64,000 bases of DNA, from NCBI GenBank assembly GCA_030265395.1, contig JARFYF010000050.1, positions 16,195,550 through 16,259,549 on the forward strand. Direction: 5' to 3'. Below are positions 39,470 to 50,958 of the stretch, piece by piece; within the stretch, counting starts at the first letter, position 1; every line of letters starts with the position of its first letter. The notes under the pieces are model-generated. The model was not told where the DNA came from, did not search any database, and saw only the letters and a program-made list of their open reading frames with translations. This stretch comes from Rhina ancylostomus (lineage: Eukaryota). The translations under genes and the position numbers were made by a program.

Positions 39470-42010
39470 TGAAGATGTGATATTTGAATACTCATGCTTT
39501 TCTGTATGCACACTGGGACCCTGATGATTGGGAAAACACTATTTAATCTGCATTTGACTGGCATTAGTGTTTTAAACTACCTGTCCTGCCACGTGAAATA
39601 GCTGCACATGCATATTAATATCTTTCAGAAATTAATGAACCAGCACCATTTTAAATCTGTGCAATATAAGCAGCAAGTTAGAACTCAGTAAAAATTCCAT
39701 CTTAAGCATACATTATAAATTTTGACACCATGCACATTTATCCATTTTTTCCCAGAATTCTTTCTCTCTATTTAATCCAGCTGATAATGCCCCTTAAAAA
39801 TAGAATAGTTTTAACAAAATGCAAATAATATCATTAATCACCAAACAATATCAAAATCTGCAATAATATCAGAAAAGCTAGAATTTAGTTCAGAAGACAC
39901 AAACGTAACCAGAATTAGATACTGCGAGAAGCATCAAGGCCTAAAAGTTCACAATTCTCAATCAACATCTTGCATTATAATTACCCAAATATTGATGACT
40001 TATGACACCCTCCTTCCCCCTTATGGCAATACACTACATGTTTCCATCAATTGAACATACTTTGACTTCAATTTATGATAAACTGAAAAATCCATCCAAA
40101 ATGTTGCATACATTTTTAATTTAACATATAAATTCTTTTAACGAATGTGATCTATAAGAAAATTATAATAATGTCAATTTGGTTACACTCATGAGACCAC
40201 AACTGAGCTGACCTTGCTTCATCTGATGAGTGATAAAAGCAGCAGCAGAACTGTAATTAAAGGAGATGAAAACTAATGGAAATGGAAGGCGCAGCAATGA
40301 CGCCAATGGGAAATTTCAAGAAAGTAAATCCACATGCTGAAAGGGTTAAGCTGCTGTTGCTGTATTAAAGCTGTCTTCTTTAATTAGAGTTGTTAAAAGT
40401 TTAACTAGTTCCACTAAACAAGAGTCTGTAAATTACAACTGGAAATGCATGACTCCCACGTGGAGTTGCTTTCTCCCCTCCAAAAGTCACTCCCATTGCA
40501 ACAAAGACATTAAACATCTGTGCTGTGCATTCAATGCACAAAGTAACAATTCCACCTCTAAGAACCAGTTGCACAGTAGAACGGTTACTCTTACATTAAA
40601 TATAATTCCAAACTTATATTGTAGGTATATGGAAGCCTAGTTATATGTATGAAAATTATATTTGTAGATGGGATACCTACACACCTTTTTCTGGAAGAAA
40701 TACCTGTCCTAAATTTTAAAACCACCATCACAGTTAGGAATATACTATTTCACAAGGGGTTTAATTTGTAAATGGATGTTAATTAGAAGGGGGACAAATA
40801 GTTCTTGTGTTTATTATTGTGAAACCACATGATTCAATCCCAGCACTTTGTGTTTGATATTCAAACTCATTTCCCCTATCTGAGTTGCTCTAAACTTTCA
40901 GCACCAAACTGCACATTGTTAAAAGATCTAAGTCAGGTGGCTGTTTTGCCTGCAGGAGAGTAATGTGATGTTGGATGGCCTGCTGATTGATGTACCGCAT
41001 TGATCCACCCACTCTATACAGCCAATGTGGACTCTTGGCAAAAGTGTAGGATTTCATTTCTTTTGATGAGTGATAGAAAAGTATCTTTCTTCCTTTACAA
41101 AAACCAAAACTTGAAGGATAAAATCCTTCATTAAGAACTTTTGCATTACTGCAGTTTACTCCGACCATGGTTTGGCAAATCCAAGGGAGGGGTGTGTGTT
41201 TGTACACCTGGAGCCCAACTGAAATACTTATGGCCAAATAAATGCCCGTGTTTGCAACAGTCCATTTTGTAATTAAGGGTTCAACTGCAGGGATGGGGGA
41301 GAGCAAGTAGAAATGTTTTAAATCGTCAATAGCCCTAAATAATTCAAAAACTAACAAAACTATCAAAAATTGAATATTCAATGTGAATACCTTCCATTGC
41401 TTCAGATCACACAAAAGGTCACGTTAAGCTTGCCAGAATATCGTAATAAAACTGATGCATTCTAACTATTGATCTACAGTGACTAAAAAGAGAATAATAA
41501 CCTATAATTAACACATTTGTCATTTTAAGATTTTCTTTCCCACGAGAGAGCACTGCAGCTTTAAGAGTGAAGAGGAATGGCAAGATACACAAGTGTGCAG
41601 GACCCTGCCAAGAGCATGCTCCAATGCTCACTGGCAGTCACTAACACACCAGAGAACAATGACTTCTATATTCAAACAGGGAGAGTGCGAGAGAGAACAA
41701 GCCTGTATCAAAAAAAAATTCATTTTTAATAGTAACAGCTGTCCCTGGAGCCATGACCCTCACAATGTCGAAACACTGGAGCTCTTTCAAGGAGTGACAA
41801 AATAAGCACCGATGCAGCTGTGCAAGGGAACTCATTTACAGTTCAGGCAGATTAACGCACATGTCCTGAATAGGACACAAGAATTTTGATTTACAGAAAG
41901 CAAAGATTAACTCTTAGAGGTCAAAATAATTCTAACACAGATGAATAAAGACACATAAGTGTGAAAATATCACTCGGCACATCAAGGCTATTACCAGGAC
42001 CTTTCCCATT

Positions 42011-42183
42011 TGTGTGTGTGTATATATATGTGTATGTGTGTGTATATATATATATATATATAAAAAAAAGTNNNNNNNNNNNNNNNNNNNNNNNNNNNNN
42101 NNNNNNNNNNNNNNNNNNNNNNNNNNNNNNNNNNNNNNNNNNNNNNNNNNNNNNNNNNNNNNNNNNNNNNNTATATATGTGTA

Positions 42184-42226
<43 letters not shown>

Positions 42227-42230
42227 AAGT
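42011..42230. repeat. (TG)n/(TA)n microsatellite flanking a 100-N gap
   Basis: gtgtatgtgtgtgtata(ta)n-aaaaaaaagt is present on both sides of the gap. Confidence 0.9.
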
Positions 42231-44558
42231 GCACAAAACAACATTCTCTACATCTCTCCAATTCTATTTCATAATAAAGTCCCCCCTGGGAAGACCAGAG
42301 ATGAAATTCATATACTTGCTGATTATTTCCTGCATTTTCTGGTTTTGTCAGGAATAAAGTGAATCTGTGTCGTAAAACGGCACAGAAAATGATTTTGCAG
42401 GTCCAATACAACATAAAACCTTTAGATTTTGAAAGCTAACAAAAACTTAGCACTCCAATCCTATGATTAATTACAGTTCTGAACAATTTTCAAACCTGCT
42501 TGCAATAAAATGCATCCTTTCCTTGTTGTAGCACACCCCTCCGATTCAAACATTCAGATGAAGGAGGCATGTCAAAACACAGTACAAGATATAGGGAGTG
42601 GCTAACAACAAAGTGGACGATCTTTCCATACAATTTACATGCAGCATATTAACAAGCCGGTGTTGTATTCTCTCAGCTCACTGCAGCTGAATTCTAAGTA
42701 ACATCAATGTAAAAAAAACTTTGCTCTTCTCAGTGCAATGTAAACAATATCAAGTCTAAAAACAGAACACATAAATCATGCTGCTTCTTCAACAGATCCA
42801 AAGTACAACAGTAATTCTTGTGCCTGTGCTGCCTAATCTTATTTTGCATTTTACTTGTGCTGTTGATATTGGTAACAACCAAACCAACAAGCACGCAGGA
42901 ACTATTCTGTTCACTCCCCTACAACAGTTTGTTTCCAACTTATCTGATGAGAGATTTGATTGTAGAACAAGTTCTATATGACAACTGGATCAGGCTCTCA
43001 TCAAGCTTCTTGGCAACATACCTACCTCTTTCCATTTAGTAAATCATATAATTACCGTGCTTTACAAGTAGGTCTTCAAAACAAACTGTTTTGAGTCACA
43101 GCATACTTGAAACAAAGCACATGGATTTCTCACCAAGAATTACTCCCTGGATAGCAACAAACTGTTCCTTCAAAATTAGCACGATCCCTGTTGGGTATGG
43201 CTGATTACAGGATCTTGGTGTGCCAGCTTGAACAAAATCTGCTGGTCACTTCTTTACTCAGGCACCTGCAATAGCAGTAGTTCCCTAGGTAGCTCAAGAT
43301 CCAGCCTGAGTGCTTTGTGACACTGCTTCCAGGCATCCAAAATCCCTCTTTCATTACATTAACTGAAGAAAAATGTCTCATCCTCTCCCGCCCTCTCACT
43401 GTTGTACTGACTTCAAAGCTATTTATTGTTAATTTATTCTTTTATTAGCCAGGTTGAAATCATGAGATGAAAAGAAAATATTAAAAAAGCAAATTAACTC
43501 TGCCTGTGACAACAGGTAACCCATTATTGGTTGGCATGTGCAAGTTATTCTAAACTCCCAGTTTCTTCTCTCAGTGATGATGTGATCAAAAGGCTGATTC
43601 AAGTTGGGAGTTGGTGCTGTGTGGGACGGCAGTAGCTGTGCCCTCGATATTTCACCAGCAACAACGTGGAGTGATGCAACATCTGCATTGGTTAAAGTTG
43701 AGTTTAAAGTATGAGAAACCCATGTATGGAAAATAAAACAGAAATCAAAATAGAGTGCTTATTTCAGTAATTGTCCTTGAACTTTGTGATCAGCAACTCC
43801 TCTACATGCCATTTCTGACAAGGGCCTTTTAAGACAAAATGGGTTTAGAGGTCTGCCCTTGGTCACATGCGCTAATTACATGACATATTAGCACATGCAC
43901 ATTCTAGTTTTGGAATTGGGCTTTACTGAACTCAGAATTGGATTTCAGAAATCTCATATGTTTGGTATAAATGAGAATTTATATCCCAAATCACTGATAG
44001 ATGGATAGTTGCAGCATACATTCCCAAAGATTTGTTGCGTGTAAGCAGTTATAGAATAATGAACTTCCATGATCATCCTTCCTCGTCCTCCCCACAAACC
44101 AGGATCACACTGAATTCCTTGGCCTGGAATACTCCTCATTGCTGCACTTACTTGGCTGCTCAGACACTCCTCACGCTACACCCTCCACAAGATCTGCTCA
44201 CAGAATGAGTGTTGTCTCAGCTGGCACGTCCTTGTAACTCAGTTGTAATGTCCTTGACGGTGTGAATAAGTGAGTTCAGTCCTGCTAACCACAGCTTTTT
44301 CAGAAGATTTCATCACTGAATCATCTGTGTAGATGAGTATTCATTGAAAAAGAATCTATAGAACAATACCCATATAGGAGAGATGGGGGTGGGAGAGATT
44401 AATGCTACAGTGGTTTGGTGGAAAATGAGACACAGGAATGTCCAGTCTGGCCATAAGTCACAGGGTCTGAAAAGATCCCAAGGCTTGTACTGAGAGCAAT
44501 AGTAGGAACATCTTCAGGGCTGTTCCTGATATTGTATCAAGTGGAAGGTATTTATGGG

Positions 44559-44804
44559 TGTTACAAACCAGCAACAAAAGAAACACACCGAGACATGTAT
44601 AAGTGCTAAAAACACTTTATTTATAACTACTTATGATAATAAGAAAAATAAAAGTAAAAATGTTAGAATGTTAGAAGTAAAAATGTTAAACCTCGAACAT
44701 TAGCCCCAAAAACCAACTAAACTGGTCGTGTGTGTGTGGCAAATTCCCAAACTCCATGTCCGGGAATGGTTCTTAAAGTTCAGTTCAGCAAGCCATAAGG
44801 TGAA
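44559..44804 (-). mobile_element. LTR-like element end (Gypsy-type), truncated by a gap
   Basis: Begins TGTTACAAACCAGCAACAAAAGAAACAC, shared with 50660. tttatt (AATAAA on the minus strand) lies about 57 bp inside the terminus. Confidence 0.5.
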
Positions 44805-44904
44805 NNNNNNNNNNNNNNNNNNNNNNNNNNNNNNNNNNNNNNNNNNNNNNNNNNNNNNNNNNNNNNNNNNNNNNNNNNNNNNNNNNNNNNNNNNNNNNNN
44901 NNNN

Positions 44905-45061
44905 TTAAGCTGCTTTTATATGAGTTTCTTTTTAATGCTGTTGTCTTTTTTTTTATTAAATGTTTCCTGCACCCTGATCTGTGGAGTACGGTATTTCACT
45001 CCCATGCATGCTGAATGCGTATATGGAAGTGACAATAAAATTGATTCTGATTCTGATTCAG
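44905..45061 (+). mobile_element. Rex1/Babar-type 3' UTR remnant
   Basis: Ends gtatttcactccc...ggaagtgacaataaaattgattctgattctgattc, the same (gattct)n tail as the Rex1 fragment at 19968. Confidence 0.55.
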
Positions 45062-45254
45062 AGCTGATGCAAAACCAGTCTGTGGCAAGCACAGACTAGT
45101 CCTCTATGATCTAAAGAATCATATTGAACAAGAGCTTGATGAGCTACAACAAAATGGTAATGGTGTGCTTATGAGTGAGTAGTATGGGTAGGCCATTCCA
45201 AGGCAGGAGAAACCAGTATGGTTTTGCAACCATCGGCAATCCTGGCCTCCCTCT

Positions 45255-45422
45255 ATCAGAGATATTCTCTTTGTTGTATCCATCCATCCTCTACCCTCTC
45301 TGCAACTTAAAACTAATTTGCTTTTTCACTTTCCTAGTTCTAATAAGAGAACCTGAAATGTTAACTTTTTTTTCCACAAATGCTGCCTAACCTGCTAAAT
45401 GTTTCCAGTATCTTTTGTTTTG
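45255..45422 (+). mobile_element. Penelope-like terminal repeat fragment
   Basis: ctctctgcaacttaaaac...cctgaaatgttaac...ccacaaatgctgcctaacctgctaaatgtttccag. Confidence 0.55.
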
Positions 45423-46055
45423 ATAGAGTTAAATTGCTTTGCCTTGCAAATGATACATACTATGTCTTTGTGAGAACACTACAGTGTGTACTGAGGGTGT
45501 ACTGAGAATAAAAAAGGATTATGAAAAATAAAGTTCAATCTGGACAGTCAATCTGGACTGTTTCAAGGCTTCGATCTGACCTTCTCTGTGAAAGAACTCA
45601 TATCTCTGAAGATATTCAATATTATTTTTGGAAGTGTCAGCATTTTGCCAATGAATGTCTCAATTGATATGTACAAAACATGTACAAAACTTTCTCACTA
45701 AGAATGGTAGTTAAAAATACAATGCTCTACAGGGAATGCATTTCATTTTGAACTATTATCGGTTCGTAAGTTATGCATTTCAGAAGAAAAGTTGACCAAC
45801 ACATTTGTTTCTCCTGATTTATCTTAATTAAAATAATTATGTTGATTAAATATGATGCCTAAAAAGTATAATACATCACACAGCAAATGATTCTTCACCT
45901 GGGACACAACAGAATCAAAACACTTAATTATGCATGTTCAGATAGATTCATAAATTCAATAGATGTAGAGTTGAACATATATGGTTAACAACTGGTTTAG
46001 TCATCCACAGCAAATCAGGTTAGAGTGCTGAAAATGCTTATGAGCCTGCTGATGA

Positions 46056-46240
46056 GGTCGGTAGGTTAATTGGCCACGTAAATTGCCACGAATGTGTAGG
46101 TGAAGGGTGTAGAATCTGGGGGGAGTTGATGAGAATGTGGGGGGAATAACGATGGGATTAATGTAGGATTAGTGTAAATGGGTGGTTGATGGTCGGTGGT
46201 CGATGGGCTGAATGGCCCATTTCTGTGCTGTGTTTCTTTA
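46056..46240 (+). mobile_element. V-SINE 3' half with CR1-type tail
   Basis: ggtaggttaattggccacgtaaattgcc...gatgggctgaatggcccatttctgtgctgtg. Confidence 0.7.
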
Positions 46241-46539
46241 ACTCATTTGCCAAAACTGCTTACCATTCCAGTATCACCCTGGAGTGCAAACATAACCCTG
46301 TGCTTCATTTTTCCACTTCAACAGTCTTCCCCGACCCTGTCACTTCCATAAACCAGATTTCCCTCTCTTTACCACCCTCATGTTGATAATAAAATTAGGA
46401 CTCTTGGACGTCTATGTTTTGAAGACTGAGACCCCATTTTCAGATGTCTCTGTCACTTCTCTTATCTTCTTCCGAGCCCAGCCTTGAACTCACATCTTTC
46501 TCCATTTTCCCTCCTATCTCCTATTGTGTTCTCCTGGAG

Positions 46540-46960
46540 CTCTTCTTGTCCAACAAACTCCCCCCTTGCTCCTTTAAATCTATTCCCAGTAAACTACTGA
46601 CCATCCAGGCTCCTCTGTCACCCAATACTGGTCTTGGTTCTCCCTCAAGTACTCAGTTGTATTACAGCCTCCAACATTCGTAGCACTACTTTCCCAAAAC
46701 TCCTTGTCTGAATCTGTCCAACCAGCTTTGTACTTTTCAATGGTACAAAATGCCCAAAATGAAATTCACCAATGTGTCCTGCATGACTGAAGCGACCCCA
46801 TCTTGTCCTCCATCTTCTGCAGTTTCTGACAAGGATGACCACCCATCCTCCTCCACTGGTTCTCTAGCACCACTGATCCTAGTGGACCACATACACCTAG
46901 TTCCATTCCAATAGCTAAGAATTACCTGTAATGTTTCTCTTTGCATTCACTGTTCATTAC
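46540..46960 (+). mobile_element. Highly decayed L2-like LINE ORF2 fragment
   Basis: PCSFKSIPSKLL resembles the L2 motif SC.LDPIP.KLL. A downstream remnant resembles NYRPISNLPFLSKVL. Confidence 0.35.
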
Positions 46961-47248
46961 TTCCTCCTTTCAATTTCATCTGCTTGGGGTCTTCTGTGGC
47001 ATCGTCCAATGACAGCTTCGCTGTGCATTTGGAGGAAACTTCACTAAACCTCACCATCTCCTCACTTAACCTCTCCACTGACCCTAAGCTGTCAAACTGC
47101 TCATCCAACAATCCACAAGGGATGTATGGAAATTTCCTTACACTAAATTTAATTTTAAGCCAGTATCTTCCATAGCAGATCACTGCACATGAAGTGTTAC
47201 AGATGACTCAAGGCGAGCCAAGTTCATGTCATCTTTGAGAGAACATCT

Positions 47249-47455
47249 GGCTTTGCCCAGGTAGTGGGCTTGTTGGAAGTTCAGGCAGTGATAGGCTGGA
47301 CCAAAGTGGTACTTTAGGCTCCACACATCAGCAAGGAACATCAAAAGGAAAGATATTCTTCCTTTGAACATACAAACTCTGTGCAACCAATGGGGAAAGA
47401 TCTCTGTGGTCAACCATATGCATCCAGGAAGCTTGGCATGATGTGTTCATTTGAG
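47249..47455 (+). pseudogene. PIF/Harbinger (HARBI1-like DDE) transposase fossil
   Basis: Reads GFAQVVGLLEVQAVIGWTKVVL*APH, then after a frameshift IKRKDILPLNIQTLCNQWGKISVVNHMHPGS, then after another HDVFI. This is collinear with the Harbinger motifs GF...GFP.VQGAIDCTHV.L.AP, NRKG.HSLNVQ.VC and PGS.HDAFI. Confidence 0.65.
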
Positions 47456-48536
47456 CCTATCTGTTTTGTCTACCATATCCCAGGTCCATGGGGAGAAAGG
47501 CTGCCCCCTACATTTTTAGGTCTTCATACCAGCCTGGGGGCCAGTTGTCAAGGAATACACCATGGAACCCTCCAGAGAGGGCCTCACTTCATCATCTACT
47601 GCATTCCACATGACATCATTGTCCCCACTCCTTGCATGGTGGCAGTGGGAGGAAGGAGAGAAACAGGATGCGGAGAGCTGGGGGCAGTATGCAGATAAGA
47701 CCCCTCCAGCCATGTTTGCAAGGGGACATTTGTAACCCTGAGGTTCTTGTCAGCACCACACTCTTCTGCCCTCGAGCACATACACGAAGGAGTTTGTGCT
47801 CACATGCAGCAAGACAAAAATCACCACTTGGCCTTGGAGTGATAAGTGTGTTAATAACCCTGTGCTATAAACCTAATGACCACTTGCATTGAGAAAGTCT
47901 CCCCATTTCTCCATGAGAATGAAAGGCATTGCAATTGCCCACTCTCTCACTAGCAACATCCATGGGATTTCTATTACCCACAAAATCCCCTGGACCATCC
48001 ACTTAACTATCATCACTGTTAGGCTATGTCTGATTAAGTCCCGACTCATGTAGCTGTCCCACCATCTCCAAGGTGAAAATCGGGGTTAGAAGAGAAGCTA
48101 ACCACAGCTCCATAGACACTGAACAGTACTCTTCACTTGTTTCTATGAGTGTAGCCCCAATGATAGTTGAAGATAACCCACCTATTTAGCACAATTCAGC
48201 TGCACTGGAACTCAGGAACCACCCTGAGCTGTCAGTATTTGTCAGGCATGAATGGATGGCAACAACTTTTCAAAGCTTCCTCTCAATCAGAGAGAAAAGC
48301 CTCAACTAGTTTGCCTAGAGAGATATGCGGACCTGTTGACTGAGCAAGCCAACAGTTGCAAGGTGGATTACAAGTCACACAACAATCTCACTTTGAAATA
48401 ACTTTTCCCTTTTCAGTCTGCTTGCCCACTTGCTATATTAGAGAAGCCCCTATAATAAGAATGTTCTGCCATTCTTCTTGGCAGCACTTGTAAAGCTGCA
48501 CAATTCAGCTGAGATTGGATTCAGTTCTTACCACCT

Positions 48537-48782
48537 CCAATTCCTGCTGCTTTCTGTAAGGAGTTTGTACGTTCTCCCCGTGTCTGCATGGGTTTCCTCT
48601 GGGTGCTCTGGTTTCCTCCCACATTCCAAAGATATACGGGTTAGGAAGTTGTGGGCGTGCTATGTTGGTGCCAGAAGCGTGGCGACACTTGCAGGCTACC
48701 CAGAACACTCTATGCAAAAGATGCATTTCAGTATGTGTTTCGATGTACATGTGACTAATCAAGAAATCTTAATCTTAATCTA
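48537..48782 (+). mobile_element. V-SINE subfamily with Rex1-like 3' tail (5'-truncated)
   Basis: V-domain ggagtttgtacgttctccccgtgtctgcatgggtttcctctgggtgctctggtttcctcccacattccaaag, followed by the tail gcatttcagtatgtgtttcgatgtacatgtgactaat...(atctta)n. Confidence 0.8.
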
Positions 48783-50304
48783 TGAAAAGGTGCAGGCATG
48801 ATATGAATAACTCAGGGTAATTATAGGTGGAGCCTGGGATTTCTGAAATTACTTGTAGTTGATGTGCATCAACGTGGAAAATACTGTGAATCAAACTTCC
48901 TGAGCACTAAGTCTTTGCAATGTGGTGAACACAAGGTAGTCACACAATAATGGCCCTGGAATAAAGTAGTAGAACTTTATGTTCAGTGCCATTTTAGTGC
49001 ATATTTATAAGAGTCTGAATTTCTAGGTCAAAATATATAATTTTTAACAATGAACTACAATGGCTGGATCAAAGGAACTTTAGCTGTAAAAAAAAATGAA
49101 TGGTATATTGGAGGCATTAACTATGTCATAGATGCTTAGTAGGTGATTCCCCACTCCCCATAAAGTGTAGGTATGGTCATGTACTATATAGACTTTCAGC
49201 ATGAATAATTGATCATTGGCTGCCTATTATGTATTATTTCTATTAATAATGACACTCCTGCCTGCAACATCAGGATCTCTTCCAGTTATAACGGGTTTAG
49301 TATTTGATCTTCTTCTCAACTAGTCCGTCATTCGCTAGTGATGAATTTTAAATATTATTTTTATCAAAGGAGGTCATTGTTGTTCAAGATGAATATTTGC
49401 AGTTGACTCATTGTTCACTATCCGTGGTGTTCTGTATTCTGCTTCATTTGGAAAAATACCTTGAGATCTTTGTTGCCTTTTGTTGTGAAAACTGAAAGCT
49501 GATCTGTCCTGCAATGACCATGGTGTTGCCTGTTGATTGCTATTTCAATGACATATTATGAACTACAATCTTTAGTAGATGTGTATAGCACCATATATCA
49601 TACTCCAGAGCCACTGTCATACCATTGTCTGATCAATGGCAGGGTTTTTAGGTTTATTCAGTTAAAGAGCAGGTAGTTTATATTGATCAAAATACCAAAA
49701 TGGTTCATTTCTGCAGACAGGTTTTGTGTAATACCCTGTGGTATTGTATGAATTTCCTTTATTCTGTTGGTGAAAAATTGAAATTGAGTTTCATCTGCAA
49801 ACTGCATAGTCTGTTCAATCCTGAATCAAATGATTGTAGAATATACTATTTTAACTAGCTCTTAAACATATTTTAGTAAGATAGTATTTGGCATAATTAA
49901 TGATTTTAATGATTGCCAAACTGGATACTATAGCCAAGAGAACTACTAATGCTCCAATTGACGATGGATGTTAATTCAGAACCTTTAATACAGACAGCAC
50001 AGGGGGTGGCCATTCAGCCCAACATGTCTGTACTAGCATTGTCCTTGACTCTGCATACTGTTTGTAACTCAGGTATTATGGAAGGGCTGGGGCAGCAGGA
50101 GAATTGTTTTCAATGCACTGAATTGATTTTTCTCATTCTTGACTTTCTATAGTGTTATACATGGCTTTTTGTTTCGAATAAAATACATCTGTAAGCAAGG
50201 CAGACGTGATTTTCCAGTGGTCTAGAAAAGATCATATCTGAGACTTCCCTACATTCTGGCTCAAATGCTCTCGAGGTTGAAAGAGAACTTCTTTTTAAAT
50301 TATA

Positions 50305-50458
50305 ATAAAAACACAGAGTGTTGGAATATTTCAGCAGGCCAGGCAGCACCTGTGGAAAGAGAAACTGTTAACATCTCAGGTCTGGAACCCTTCCTCAAAA
50401 CTACGAAAGAAAGTAAAACAAGTTAGTTTTTAGTCGCAGAGAAGGTGGAAGAGAGAGA
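50305..50458 (-). mobile_element. Penelope-like terminal repeat fragment
   Basis: ttggaatatttcagcaggccaggcagcacctgtggaaagagaaactgttaacatctcaggtc. A short oppositely oriented remnant follows at about 50560-50655. Confidence 0.55.
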
Positions 50459-50659
50459 CTATTCATATAGTCTGGTATGCTGGGCATGTCCCTCTGCCTT
50501 GCTGTTAACAAAACATTACACAGACAAGCAGGCATAATGTGTTTGTAACTGGTCCAAATTAACTCATTTGGACTCACCCTGTCAAAGTTATTCCCTTTGC
50601 TCTACTCCTCCCTCTCTTACCTTCTCTGCTACTGAAAATTGTTTTTTACTTTTGTCCCA

Positions 50660-50958
50660 TTACAAACCAGCAACAAAAGAAACACAGACAAAGTGAACTC
50701 CACCGGAATACTCTCAACAATCCATACGTGGATTGCAGTGACAGTCACAGTTATTGTTTCTCATCCATCGATAGAGAAAACAAGCAGGCTGGTGTGTGTG
50801 TCTCTCTCTTGTTCTTCTGTCTCTCTCCTTCAGACTGACTCCGACTGGTTGTTTCAACAACAACGTCATGACGTTCTTTATCTTCTGTTGACGTAAGCAC
50901 GCCACACACACGCACACACATTAAAGGAACCTCAGTAATTGTAACCTAGTCTGTAACA
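50660..50958 (-). mobile_element. Putative solo LTR (Gypsy-like), about 300 bp
   Basis: Left end ttacaaaccagcaacaaaagaaacac matches 44559. Right end ctagtctgtaaca is an imperfect inverted repeat of TGTTACAAACCAG. No clear target-site duplication. Confidence 0.5.

Noticed and set aside
40890-41414. 174-aa minus-strand ORF
   Set aside because: Non-ATG start, no recognisable domain and no splice context.
43570-43600. C-box/D-box-like pair (GTGATGA...CTGA)
   Set aside because: The boxes are only about 12 nt apart and lie antisense to the host transcript, which is not compatible with an intronic C/D snoRNA.
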